The notes below the pieces were generated by a model. That model saw nothing but the letters and a program-made list of their open reading frames with translations. It was not told where the DNA came from and did no database searches. From the NCBI GenBank assembly GCA_016699935.1, contig CP064992.1:180001-212000 (forward strand): 32,000 bases of DNA. Direction: 5' to 3'. The translations under genes were made by a program, and so were the position numbers. Shown piece after piece: positions 11,309-19,832 of this stretch. Each line of letters starts with the position of its first letter. The stretch's first letter is position 1. This stretch comes from Candidatus Saccharimonadota bacterium (GTDB lineage Bacteria; Patescibacteriota; Saccharimonadia; Saccharimonadales; UBA4665).

Positions 11309-12139
11309 TTACAATTTCAATAGTAAGTATATCGCGATTAAGCCAATAACAAAAACTGTCAGCCCGAGTATGACGACCTGAATGAGTCCGCGCAAAATTG
11401 ATTTCTTGGCGAGCGGGTTACGACCGATGGAAACAAGACTACTGCGCACCCCGCCATACAGCAAACTACCCGTCATAAATATGGTAACGAGCAAAATGGC
11501 GAGACTGATGTAAAGTCGTACTGTACTGACTGGTTTTCCTGCGATGCTATCACCGGATTTTCGAGGAAAGCTGGGACAGGCGGTCCACTCACCGACACTG
11601 CCAGCGGGTTACGAAATCCCAATATCTATCTGTATGAAGCCGATTGCGACATCTTTGTTGCCGGATGATGTCGTAAGCGCAGCATTGCCGCTGACATTTT
11701 TTGTACCATCAAAACTACTAAGTGCCTTGCCAAGGATGACACCCTGTCTTGAATCTGCTTTCATACCGATGCCGTCGAGTGCGGATATGCTGACAATGTC
11801 GCCGCTTTTAATGGGGCCGTTTTGAGTGCTGACGAGCGCATCGTATTTGCCGTTGGAAGCCACGTATACCTGGGCAGTACTACTATCACCACCTAAAGAC
11901 ACAACCGTGTCATTCGCTGACACGACAACACCATGCATAGATTTGTCATTTTGGTTTGTCAATGCCCGGACTTTGCGACTATCTTTTGGGTCGAGCATTA
12001 CAATCATGCCTTTTTGGACAGTACCTGTAACACCGTAACCCTGCGAAACGGTTTGGGCGTGAGCAAGTCCAGGCAGGAGCATCACTGCACAAAGGCCTGC
12101 CGCTACAGATAGACTATGCCAAATATGTACCCGTCGCAT
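11309..12139 (-). CDS. Secreted domain protein with a C-terminal two-TM hairpin. An in-frame TAA lies at 11609-11611.
   Basis: ORF 11609-12139 carries a signal peptide (MRRVHIWHSLSVAAGLCAVMLLPGLAHAQ). It is in the same frame as the region down to 11309, separated only by one TAA. The downstream part encodes ...VRLYISLAILLVTIFMTGSLLYGGVRSSLVSIGRNPLAKKSILRGLIQVVILGLTVFVIGLIAIYLLLKL. There is no in-frame start before the first TM helix. Confidence 0.6.
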
Positions 12140-12174
12140 TTCCTCGTAAGTATAACCGTTTTATATCCGTCACG

Positions 12175-12234
12175 CCATAGTTTTTTACAGCTTTTCCAGT
12201 CCGTCGTTTATGCGATGCTGTGAAAAACTATGGA
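12175..12234. promoter_or_regulatory. 17-bp imperfect inverted repeat in a divergent promoter region.
   Basis: CCATAGTTTTTTACAGC (12175-12191) and GCTGTGAAAAACTATGG (12218-12234), 26 nt apart, lying between the divergent genes 12139(-) and 12354(+). Confidence 0.5.
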
Positions 12235-12353
12235 AATAGCTCACATATACTAAAAATATCCACTTTCAATTCACCATTCTTCACTCTTCGTTCCCCGTTC
12301 TTCGTTCTTCGTTCCCCTTTCTCCATTCCCTCCCAATGCGCTATACTAATCGC

Positions 12354-13165
12354 ATGTCAATTACAAAAGCTATCATACCAGTCGCGGGTTGGGGTACGCG
12401 GCGCCTACCTATCACCAAAGCCATCGAAAAATGCATGCTGCCAATTGGTAATCGTCCAATCGTCGATTATGTTGTGCGCGATTGTGTGGCTGCTGGCATC
12501 ACCGATATTTACTTTATCGTCGGCGAACAAAGCGAACAACTTCACACCTATTACCGTGATAATATCGAGCTGACTGATTACCTCATTCGCAACGGCAAAC
12601 AGGATATGCTTCCTCTCACCGAAACACCGCTAGCTCGCTTTCATTACATCGTGCAACCAAGTTATGGCAAATATGGCACCGCCGTACCGGTTGATCTGGC
12701 CATGCCCTACGTGAATGAGGGCGAATCTGTCGTAGTGGTGATGGGTGACGATTGTCTATACAACCGTGATGGCAGTTCAGATATCGCGAGAATGCTCGAG
12801 GCCACCCCAGAGGGGCAAAGTGCCATACTCGCGGTACCAGTGACCGATGATTCCATCCAACAATATGGACATATTGTCGCAGATGACCAAGGAAATCTGG
12901 TGCGCATCATAGAGCACCCAATCCAATGCCCGAAAAATTCATGAAAAATGTCAGTAAGTACGTTTTGAACTACTCAATGCTCAAGGCGGTCAGTGAATAC
13001 GTCGCTCAACCAATAGAAGCAGGCAAGGAATACTACATTTTCCATCCATTCCAAAAAGTTATTGAAGACGGTGGTGTCATGAAAGTCGTTTCTGCGCAAG
13101 GGCAATATCTAGACGCTGGTACAGTCGAGGGCTGGCTTCACGCTAATCAGGTCGTAATCTCCTAA
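12354..13165 (+). CDS. galU: UTP-glucose-1-phosphate uridylyltransferase. Frame break near 12920.
   Basis: MSITKAIIPVAGWGTRRLPITKAIEKCMLPI matches the GalU N-terminal motif. ORFs 12336-12944 and 12926-13165 join if one base is restored in cacccaatcc. TATACT at 12342-12347 lies 6 nt before the ATG at 12354, which suggests a leaderless start. Confidence 0.85.
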
Positions 13166-13189
13166 AACCCATCCCCCCACCTCTCAGCT

Positions 13190-13230
13190 AAAACCCATCT
13201 TGGGAGGACAGTCCTCCCAAGATGGGTTTT
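13190..13230. terminator. Bidirectional terminator hairpin between convergent galU and the cysteine desulfurase gene.
   Basis: AAAACCCATCTTGGGAGGAC / GTCCTCCCAAGATGGGTTTT. The arms are near-perfect over about 17-20 bp, with A/T runs on both sides. Confidence 0.8.
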
Positions 13231-14412
13231 TCAAGAGATATGAGAAATCTTGGTTATCTGTAATAGTGTTGTTCTAATTACTTTTGTTATCTCTGTTAGA
13301 GCCTGTATGAATCTTTCTATGTCGGGCATGGTGGTAGAGCGGCCCATGGTAATACGTAGACTGCTTCGGGCAGCATCGTCGCTGACGCCCATGGCGCGCA
13401 GCACGTGGCTCGGCTCCTCAGAACTGGCGCTGCAAGCCGAGCCGGCCGCCGCGAGAAATCCTCGCTCTTCGAGCTGGATGAGTACGCGTTCGTTATCAAA
13501 CCCGGGTAGTGTAATATGTATGTTGTTTGGCAGACGATACTTCAGTGAACCATTGATTATTACACCTGGGATTTTTTGAGATAAGAGGCGGATAGCTACA
13601 TTTTTCACTTCATTGAGCCTAGTGGCTTCAAATTGTCGCACAGACTGTGCCTGCTCAAGCGCCTTAGCAAACCCCACTGCTCCTGCAACGTTTTCGGTCC
13701 CGCTGCGCAGCCCTCGTTCTTGGCCACCGCCCCTTATGATTGGAGATAGCTTGACAGAACTTGCCGCGTAGATCACGCCCGTTTGTTTCTGGCCATAGAT
13801 TTTACCCCCGTTTAGGGTCATAAGGTCGACCCCTAGACTTGCGACTGAAAGGCTGAGATAATTCGCCGCTTGACAGGCATCAGTATGGAAATATAGCGGC
13901 AAGTCGTTCCCTGCCTTTTTTCTTTCGGTGCGAATTTCAGCCAGCACAGCCGAAATCTGACGCAGTGGTTGCGTAGTACCAACCTCATTATTGGCATACA
14001 TAACGCTTACCAGCACGGTATTGTCAGCAATTTTTTGCCGCAGGCTACCCGGGTCTACCCTCCCCTGCTCTGTTACAAACGCAACGGAGCAATTAAATTG
14101 TTGCGCCGCCGCCAATACAGATTCATGTTCAATAGCGCTAACCGCAGCGGAGCAATTTGGAAAATTTGCCATGACACCTGCAACGGCTAGATTGTTCCCT
14201 TCCGTGCCACCAGCGGTAAAAATAACTTCGGTCGGACGCACACCAAGCCAGTGCGCGACACTCCCCCGTGCAGCTTCAAGCGCTTCCCTTGCCTGCCGAG
14301 CCGGCAAATACGTGGCCGATGGGTTATAAAAGACATCAGAAAAATACGGTTGCATGGCCGCAAGCACATCGCTATCAACCGGCGTCGCCGCCGCATGGTC
14401 TAGGTAGATCAT
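13231..14412 (-). CDS. Cysteine desulfurase, class V aminotransferase (IscS/NifS type).
   Basis: 393-aa ORF. PLP-lysine region LNGGKIYGQKQTGVIY, active-site region AAGSACSASSEEPSHVLRAMG, and N-terminus IYLDHAATP. Confidence 0.9.
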   Translation of the reverse strand: MIYLDHAAATPVDSDVLAAMQPYFSDVFYNPSATYLPARQAREALEAARGSVAHWLGVRPTEVIFTAGGTEGNNLAVAGVMANFPNCSAAVSAIEHESVLAAAQQFNCSVAFVTEQGRVDPGSLRQKIADNTVLVSVMYANNEVGTTQPLRQISAVLAEIRTERKKAGNDLPLYFHTDACQAANYLSLSVASLGVDLMTLNGGKIYGQKQTGVIYAASSVKLSPIIRGGGQERGLRSGTENVAGAVGFAKALEQAQSVRQFEATRLNEVKNVAIRLLSQKIPGVIINGSLKYRLPNNIHITLPGFDNERVLIQLEERGFLAAAGSACSASSEEPSHVLRAMGVSDDAARSSLRITMGRSTTMPDIERFIQALTEITKVIRTTLLQITKISHIS

Positions 14413-14421
14413 ATTCGTATT

Positions 14422-14766
14422 TTACACCACAGGCTGGGCAAGCAAAGGGTCAAACTTAGTGTGCAGGCGTCGTTGGTATTCGCGTGCAGCACTACAAAGA
14501 CGCTGGAATTCTTCATCTGAAACAGGTCGGTACGGCTGGCCATCTTGTGCCTTGAAGACACCATGTGGCCGCACATCGTACCTAGTAGTTCGTACGATGT
14601 GCTGGCCGTTTTCATCCCATTCCTCATGCCACACCCAAGTATGCTCATCCAGACAAAAGAACTCACGGCGATGCCCTGCTGGAATAGGGCCAAATACTTC
14701 GCCACCCATCTTTGGCAGCATCACGGAGAATGTTACGATAAATTTCCGCACTCTTTCGCCCCTCAT
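14422..14766 (-). CDS. Hypothetical small protein (W/E/H-rich).
   Basis: ORF of 114 aa in operon-like spacing upstream of the desulfurase. The real start may be the internal MLPKMGG. No family recognised. Confidence 0.5.
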   Translation of the reverse strand: MRGERVRKFIVTFSVMLPKMGGEVFGPIPAGHRREFFCLDEHTWVWHEEWDENGQHIVRTTRYDVRPHGVFKAQDGQPYRPVSDEEFQRLCSAAREYQRRLHTKFDPLLAQPVV

Positions 14767-14802
14767 CCTGCTGTGAAATGATGCTAAGCAACTTCTTCAG
14801 CA

Positions 14803-15150
14803 TCATATCATCCTAACTGTGTCGGGATTTTCTAGGACGGTGGCTGCGGTTTTTGCGTCGGTGTCCGGAGAACCACCGGCAAGAGCTGCGACTCGTATAC
14901 GAATATCATTAATATCCATTAGTGGCACAAGGTTTACTGTTTGAGATGGCTTACTTAATTGGGTATCAATAACTTCAGTGGCTGTTAGGCGATTTGGGGT
15001 ATTTGCGATAGCCAATTGAGCTGGCTTCCGCGCCTCCATACCATTTAACCGATTCACAGCTTTAGCCGTAAATCCCAACACATCGACCACGAGTGGCCAC
15101 TCAAGGCTAGTGAGTGCTGGTGCGACTTCTTTGCTGAGGAATATATTCAT
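14803..15150 (-). CDS. Hypothetical protein.
   Basis: Intact 115-aa ORF located 5 nt downstream of the tatD stop on the same strand. No family recognised. Confidence 0.55.
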   Translation of the reverse strand: MNIFLSKEVAPALTSLEWPLVVDVLGFTAKAVNRLNGMEARKPAQLAIANTPNRLTATEVIDTQLSKPSQTVNLVPLMDINDIRIRVAALAGGSPDTDAKTAATVLENPDTVRMI

Positions 15151-15155
15151 AATAG

Positions 15156-16028
15156 TTATGTAAGCTTGAGAAGCTTTAGTGCATTTGCGGTGGTAGATTC
15201 TGCGAGATGTTCGACAGATTCGTCCCGTAATGCCGCTAGATACTCCGCCGTCTGCATAACATGCTTAGGCTCACACACTTTACCACGAAAGGGCTTGGGA
15301 GTCAAGAAGGGAGCGTCAGTTTCTAACAGGAGTCGGTGTTGTGGAATTGTGCGATATGTCACAAGCTGTACTTCGTCTCGCGTAAACGTTGCTATCCCGT
15401 TTACACCTATGTACAGCCCCTGCGCTACCGCGCGCTCCATATTTGCCTGACTGTCGGTGAAACTGTGCAGCACACCACGCACACCTTGATAACTCTCAAA
15501 AATCGGCCAAAAATCATCAAATGCGTCGCGCACGTGAAAGCTGAGTGGCAGATCGTGTTGTAGTGCCAGCTCTATTTGCATGCGCAACACCGCTTCCTGG
15601 TCTTCCTTGGGCGAGTGCCCGTAATAATAATCAAGCCCACACTCCCCGACTGCCACCACTTTTGCCGCTGTCGCCAACTGTCGAAACCGTTCAAGCACCT
15701 CTGGTAAAATACCAACTTTACTCGCTTGGGAGGACAGTCCTCCTGGGTTCGATTTTTGTGGTGTAGTGTAGTTTTTGGCTTCGTGGGGATGGATTCCGAT
15801 ACTCGCCCAGACGCCGTCGTGATTCTGGGCAAATTGCATCGCAAGTTCGCTATCGGCTAGGGTCGTACCGATGACTATCATGCGCGTCACACCCGCCGCG
15901 CGTGCAGCATCCAAAACCGATCCCGCACTCCGCTCAACCCTGTCGGCATGCCATTTGTCATGTACGGGCGTGAGAGCAACTGCTATCTCATGCACATGGC
16001 AGTGCGTATCGAATAATTCAAGTGTCAC
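15156..16028 (-). CDS. tatD: TatD-family metal-dependent hydrolase / DNase.
   Basis: Motifs LFDTHCHV, GIHPHEA, VVAVGECGLDYYY and ETDAPFLTP. I prefer the GTG at 16028 (MTLELFDTHCH), preceded by GGAG and lying 5 nt after the metG stop. The alternative is the ORF-track start at 16100, which overlaps metG. Confidence 0.85.
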   Translation of the reverse strand: MTLELFDTHCHVHEIAVALTPVHDKWHADRVERSAGSVLDAARAAGVTRMIVIGTTLADSELAMQFAQNHDGVWASIGIHPHEAKNYTTPQKSNPGGLSSQASKVGILPEVLERFRQLATAAKVVAVGECGLDYYYGHSPKEDQEAVLRMQIELALQHDLPLSFHVRDAFDDFWPIFESYQGVRGVLHSFTDSQANMERAVAQGLYIGVNGIATFTRDEVQLVTYRTIPQHRLLLETDAPFLTPKPFRGKVCEPKHVMQTAEYLAALRDESVEHLAESTTANALKLLKLT

Positions 16029-16032
16029 AGTG

Positions 16033-17484
16033 CTACTCCTGCGGCGCGGTAAGTTCAAGCTTTGGGAAAAGCGTAGTTTCAGCAGGGTGGACGGTGCCAC
16101 CTACAAACATTGCCTGGATTTTGGCCGCCGTTGCCGGCAGGAATGGTTCAAGCAGCTGTGCGATTTCAAGTAGGTCGCTCACGAACCCAGCGAGCACTTC
16201 GCGCAGATGGTCTTGGTCGTCGGTTTTCGCAATAACCCATGGTTTTTGGGTATCGATAAGCTGATTGAGGCCCCGCACCTGCTCCCAAACACTGTCAAGC
16301 GCACGGTCGAACTTACAAAGCGCAATTGCCTCACCGTACGCCCCCATGTCATGTTCAGCCTCGGGCACATCGCCAATTACGCCACCCTGGTATTTCTGTA
16401 TCATTGCAGTTGTCCGTTGGACCGCATTGCCGAGCTCGTTAGCAAGCTCATTATTGTAGGCTGTATCGAATGCTTCCCAGCTAAAATCGCCGTCATCATA
16501 GCTCGGCACATGGCGCAGGAAGTAGTATCGGAAGGCGTCAGCACCATATTTTTCGATAACTTCATTGGGGCTAACACTATTGCCCAGAGATTTACTCATT
16601 TTTTTGCTGTCTACCGTGACATAGCCGTGAACGTAAAGCTGTTTCTGGATAGGTAGGCCAAGACCGAGCAAAATCCCAGGCCAAATTGCCGCATGGAAAC
16701 GTAAGATTCCCTTGCCGACCACCTGAACATTCGCTGGCCAATACTTCTTAAAATCATCGTGCTCGGGGTAGCCAAGCACCGTTATATAGTTGAGGAGCGC
16801 GTCAAACCAGACGTATATAACCTGGCTTGGGTCGCCTGGCACCGGAATACCCCAATCTATCTTATCTTTTGGACGTGAAATGCTAATATCGTCAAGCCCT
16901 TCACGCAGTAGCGACAGAATTTCGTTGCGCCTGGTGGTTGGCGTTACGAGAAATACATTTTTCTCTATGGCTTCACGAATCTGCTCGGTGTAGTTACTGA
17001 GCCGAAAAAAGTAGTTTTCTTCCTCGATTTTTTCGTAGGGACGATTATGGTCTGGGCAAACTCCCTTGTTTTCTTGCACAGTCGTTTCAGTGAAAAACTC
17101 TTCATCGCCCGTGCAGTACCAACCAACGTATTTGTTTTTGTAAATATCACGAGCGAGCGACTTCCATATAACCTGGACTCGCTCTGCATGAGCTTTATCT
17201 GTTGTACGGATGAAGCGGTCTGGCTTAACATTGAGTGCAGCGATTAGTTCACGGAACTTTTCTGACATTTCGTCGGTAAACTTTTGCGGGTCTACTTTGA
17301 GTTCGGCTGCTTTTTCAGCTATTTTGCCGCCGTGTTCATCGGTACCCGTGCTGAAAATGGTGTCTTCACCGCGTGCCCTGGCCGCGCGTGCCCGTACATC
17401 TGCCATGACAAATTCCATGGCATGTCCCAGGTGTGGTTCGCCGTTGACGTATGGTATGGAGGTCGTTACAAAATAATTGCTCAT
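16033..17484 (-). CDS. metG: Methionyl-tRNA synthetase.
   Basis: Intact 483-aa ORF. HIGH-type motif PHLGHA and a KMSKS motif present. TAGAAT at 17491-17496 lies 6 nt before the ATG, which suggests a leaderless start. Confidence 0.95.
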   Translation of the reverse strand: MSNYFVTTSIPYVNGEPHLGHAMEFVMADVRARAARARGEDTIFSTGTDEHGGKIAEKAAELKVDPQKFTDEMSEKFRELIAALNVKPDRFIRTTDKAHAERVQVIWKSLARDIYKNKYVGWYCTGDEEFFTETTVQENKGVCPDHNRPYEKIEEENYFFRLSNYTEQIREAIEKNVFLVTPTTRRNEILSLLREGLDDISISRPKDKIDWGIPVPGDPSQVIYVWFDALLNYITVLGYPEHDDFKKYWPANVQVVGKGILRFHAAIWPGILLGLGLPIQKQLYVHGYVTVDSKKMSKSLGNSVSPNEVIEKYGADAFRYYFLRHVPSYDDGDFSWEAFDTAYNNELANELGNAVQRTTAMIQKYQGGVIGDVPEAEHDMGAYGEAIALCKFDRALDSVWEQVRGLNQLIDTQKPWVIAKTDDQDHLREVLAGFVSDLLEIAQLLEPFLPATAAKIQAMFVGGTVHPAETTLFPKLELTAPQE

Positions 17485-17526
17485 TAGTCTATTCTACCTT
17501 ATTTTTTAGAGTTAAGAGATACGAGT

Positions 17527-17553
17527 AAAAAAAGTTAATGCCCGCGGGGGCAT
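17527..17553 (-). terminator. Probable terminator downstream of the HIT gene.
   Basis: On the minus strand: ATGCCC-CCGC-GGGCAT hairpin (17538-17553), followed after 4 nt by T7. Confidence 0.55.
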
Positions 17554-17557
17554 CAAG

Positions 17558-17615
17558 TGTGTTTTCACCTGGGATATCAAAATAACTGAGGAGAGTTTTG
17601 TCTGGGATGTCATTT
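17558..17615 (+). repeat. Dispersed twin-hairpin repeat, copy 1 (diverged).
   Basis: GTGTTTTCACCTGGGATATCAAAATAACTGAGGAGAGTTTTGTCTGGGAT. It shares TTTCACCTGGGAT...AATAAC...GTTT(C/T)G(T/C)(C/T)TGGGAT with the copies at 26848, 27691 and 29789. Confidence 0.75.
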
Positions 17616-18032
17616 TAGCAACTTTCCAACTTCTTTGGCTTCTAGTGGGTCGAGGTCGGCGAAAAGTTCGGTGTCGTATTTCTCGCTGACCTGGTAAATA
17701 TAATCGTCTTGGGTGCGGGGGACAGCATGATAGTGAATGTGGCGGACACTGAGTTTGCCCTTTTGTAGAAAAGGTCGGTAATTTTGCCGCACATCGACAC
17801 CTTCGCCAAGTTTTGCTGCAAGTATTTTCTGCGAAATATAATCTAGCAGCTCAAATATGTCTCGCCGTTCTTCTGCTGTCAGCTGCCACGGTTCCTCAAC
17901 GTGCCGCTTTGGTATAACCAGGGCGTGTCCAGGAACCTTGCGCGGGTTACTGAGCAACACAAAGGCATGCTCGTTTTCTCTGAGCACCCGGTCTCTTGCA
18001 TCACAAAACGGACAATCTGCTATATGTGCCAT
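17610..18032 (-). CDS. HIT-family (histidine triad) nucleotide hydrolase.
   Basis: Intact 140-aa ORF with histidine triad HIHYHAVP and the PGHALVIPKRHV region. Confidence 0.9.
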   Translation of the reverse strand: MAHIADCPFCDARDRVLRENEHAFVLLSNPRKVPGHALVIPKRHVEEPWQLTAEERRDIFELLDYISQKILAAKLGEGVDVRQNYRPFLQKGKLSVRHIHYHAVPRTQDDYIYQVSEKYDTELFADLDPLEAKEVGKLLK

Positions 18033-18050
18033 GGCTTTTTAGTATAGCAC

Positions 18051-18911
18051 CTATAAATTACGCTTTTCATCGTCAAGCTTATTCACTTGCGAACGCGCCA
18101 GTGCCGCAACGATTACAATAACTGCCGAATATATCAACCCTGTCATGTAAGCCAGTGATTCCAAAGCATCAGAATCATTGTCGGACCAGAAAGCAAGAAG
18201 TAGTGATGACTCCACTAGCCCAGTCAAGGAAATAATTATCTGGGAAAGCAACACGCCGCTAACATTCCGTAGGCTCTTGGCAAAAAGAAAGTACAGCCCG
18301 TAGATTAAGAATTGCAAATTTGGAATTAGTAGAAGTACTCGTAGCGGCGCACCGGTATAGTCATATCCCCTCAGTCGTAACCACTTACGTACTAGCTGAT
18401 ACATCAAGTACAGACCATATGCAATTAGCACGAAAGACCACCATTTCACTATCGGGATATACGATGCGACACGATTGTTCGCTGTCTGACTTGAGTCTTC
18501 GTCTTCTACGGGGTGCTGTGGCCAACTAGAATGTGCGGCTGGATTGTATTCGACCGCGGGATTTGCCGCAGCTGTAGCAGGCGGCGAGAGCGTGCTATCA
18601 CCGACGCTGGAAGATGGCTGCGAATTTGCTGGAGGTGCCGTTACTGCAACTTCTTGCATAGCAGTCTGTGTTTGAGTAGTCACGGGAATATTGGGTGACG
18701 TTGAATAGGCAGACATATCATTTACAGGATTAATGACAACCTTTTTTGTACTAGTTGGAAGTGGAGTGGTGGCTTGGGCTTGTGGAGCAACTTCAGTAGC
18801 ACTCTGATTGCCCGCGAAACTATCGTCTGCCGTTTTCAGACGCGCTTCTTCCAGAGCGGCCTGTTCCGCTGGGGAAAGATGCGGTTGCGTTGCTGGCTGG
18901 TCTTCATCCAT
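18051..18911 (-). CDS. Membrane protein with a P/T/A/Q-rich disordered N-terminal half and about 4 C-terminal TM helices.
   Basis: Intact 286-aa ORF. The low-complexity N-terminal region is followed by hydrophobic segments (WWSFVLIAYGLYLMYQL, LLLIPNLQFLIYGLYFLF, and others). Confidence 0.65.
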   Translation of the reverse strand: MDEDQPATQPHLSPAEQAALEEARLKTADDSFAGNQSATEVAPQAQATTPLPTSTKKVVINPVNDMSAYSTSPNIPVTTQTQTAMQEVAVTAPPANSQPSSSVGDSTLSPPATAAANPAVEYNPAAHSSWPQHPVEDEDSSQTANNRVASYIPIVKWWSFVLIAYGLYLMYQLVRKWLRLRGYDYTGAPLRVLLLIPNLQFLIYGLYFLFAKSLRNVSGVLLSQIIISLTGLVESSLLLAFWSDNDSDALESLAYMTGLIYSAVIVIVAALARSQVNKLDDEKRNL

Positions 18912-18994
18912 GGCTTATATCCTTTTATGCTTATATTACAGTACTCGGCAAGAGTAGCATATACATCACCCATAAAATATGATACAAGAAGGTT

Positions 18995-19709
18995 ATGTTT
19001 CCAAAGAGCTGTCCCGCTTGCGGCGCACACGGTATTTCGCACGACGAAGAAAGTATTTTTTGCACACAGTGCCCTATTTACCGCGTGCGACTGGCGTGGT
19101 ATCTGCGACCGAATGCATGGGCAAGAAATCGCCAGTGGTGGTGGCGCCTACCATTTGTCGCCTGGTTTGCTTTCGTACTGGCCGACAACCTGAAAAATCA
19201 TGACTACGCCCTCAATCGTTTGCAAAACCCACTATCTGCCCTGGATCTTGGCATACACGAGCTTGGTCATTTCATCTTTGCACTATGCGGAGAATTTATG
19301 ACTATTTTGGGTGGTTCGCTTTTTCAATGCCTTTTTCCATTGCTATGGATGGTGGGTTTTCTCCAAAAAAAGTGGTATTTTGCGGCTTCGCTCTGCTGGT
19401 GTTGGCTGGGTCTAAACCTGTTTGATGTTGCCATGTACGCCGGTGACGCTCGAGCTCGGTTATTACCGCTGGTTGGGCCCGGTACGTATGCAGCAGACCC
19501 GACCGACCCCACAGCTTACGACAGCATGCATGATTTGGTACCAGCTCTTTAAGTCGCACCGGACATCTCAACTCCGACCTAGTGATTGCTCATGGACTAC
19601 GAGTCGCGGCCATTGTATGTTTCGTCGTTGGCTTAGTCCTCGCTGGCATGCTAATAGTACAAATGATACATGGTTCAGTAAGCCGCGCCAGAAAAGTAAC
19701 GCCAGCCTA
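18995..19709 (+). CDS. Membrane protein with an N-terminal zinc ribbon and an HExxH motif (putative metalloprotease). Frame break near 19545.
   Basis: CPACG...CTQCP, then GIHELGHFIF and several hydrophobic segments. Re-framing after ...SMHD gives ...LNSDLVIAHGLRVAAIVCFVVGLVLAGMLIVQMIHGSVSRARKVTPA* ending at about 19709. Confidence 0.6.
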
Positions 19710-19740
19710 ATACAAAAACCTAGGCGAGCCTAGGTTAGTA

Positions 19741-19824
19741 TGGTGCGCGGGCGGGACTTGAACCCGCACGCCTTTTGGGCACAGCATTTTAAGTGCTGAA
19801 TGTCTACCATTCCATCACCCGCGC
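19741..19824 (-). tRNA. tRNA-Leu (anticodon UAA).
   Basis: Minus strand reads GCGCGGGTG...CAGCA-CTTAAAA-TGCTG, then a long variable arm, then GCGGG-TTCAAGT-CCCGC, acceptor and CCA. The junction between T-stem and acceptor is one C short of a canonical 5+7 bp arrangement. This is possibly another homopolymer deletion. Confidence 0.9.
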
Positions 19825-19832
19825 ATATTATC

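Noticed and set aside
11309-11494. ORF 11309-11494 (61 aa, two hydrophobic helices with a GRNP loop) as the ATP synthase c subunit (atpE), given its position just upstream of atpF.
   Set aside because: The second helix has no Asp or Glu to bind the coupling ion, and helix 1 has no GxGxGxG motif. The ORF-track start truncates the first helix. The frame is continuous with the upstream secreted-protein ORF apart from one TAA. I treat it as the C-terminal part of that gene.
16029-16100. The long N-terminal extension of tatD (MAPSTLLKLRFSQSLNLPRRRSS...), which overlaps the metG 3' end by 68 nt.
   Set aside because: TatD proteins begin just before the DTHCH motif. A GTG with an upstream GGAG at 16028 gives that start and removes the overlap.
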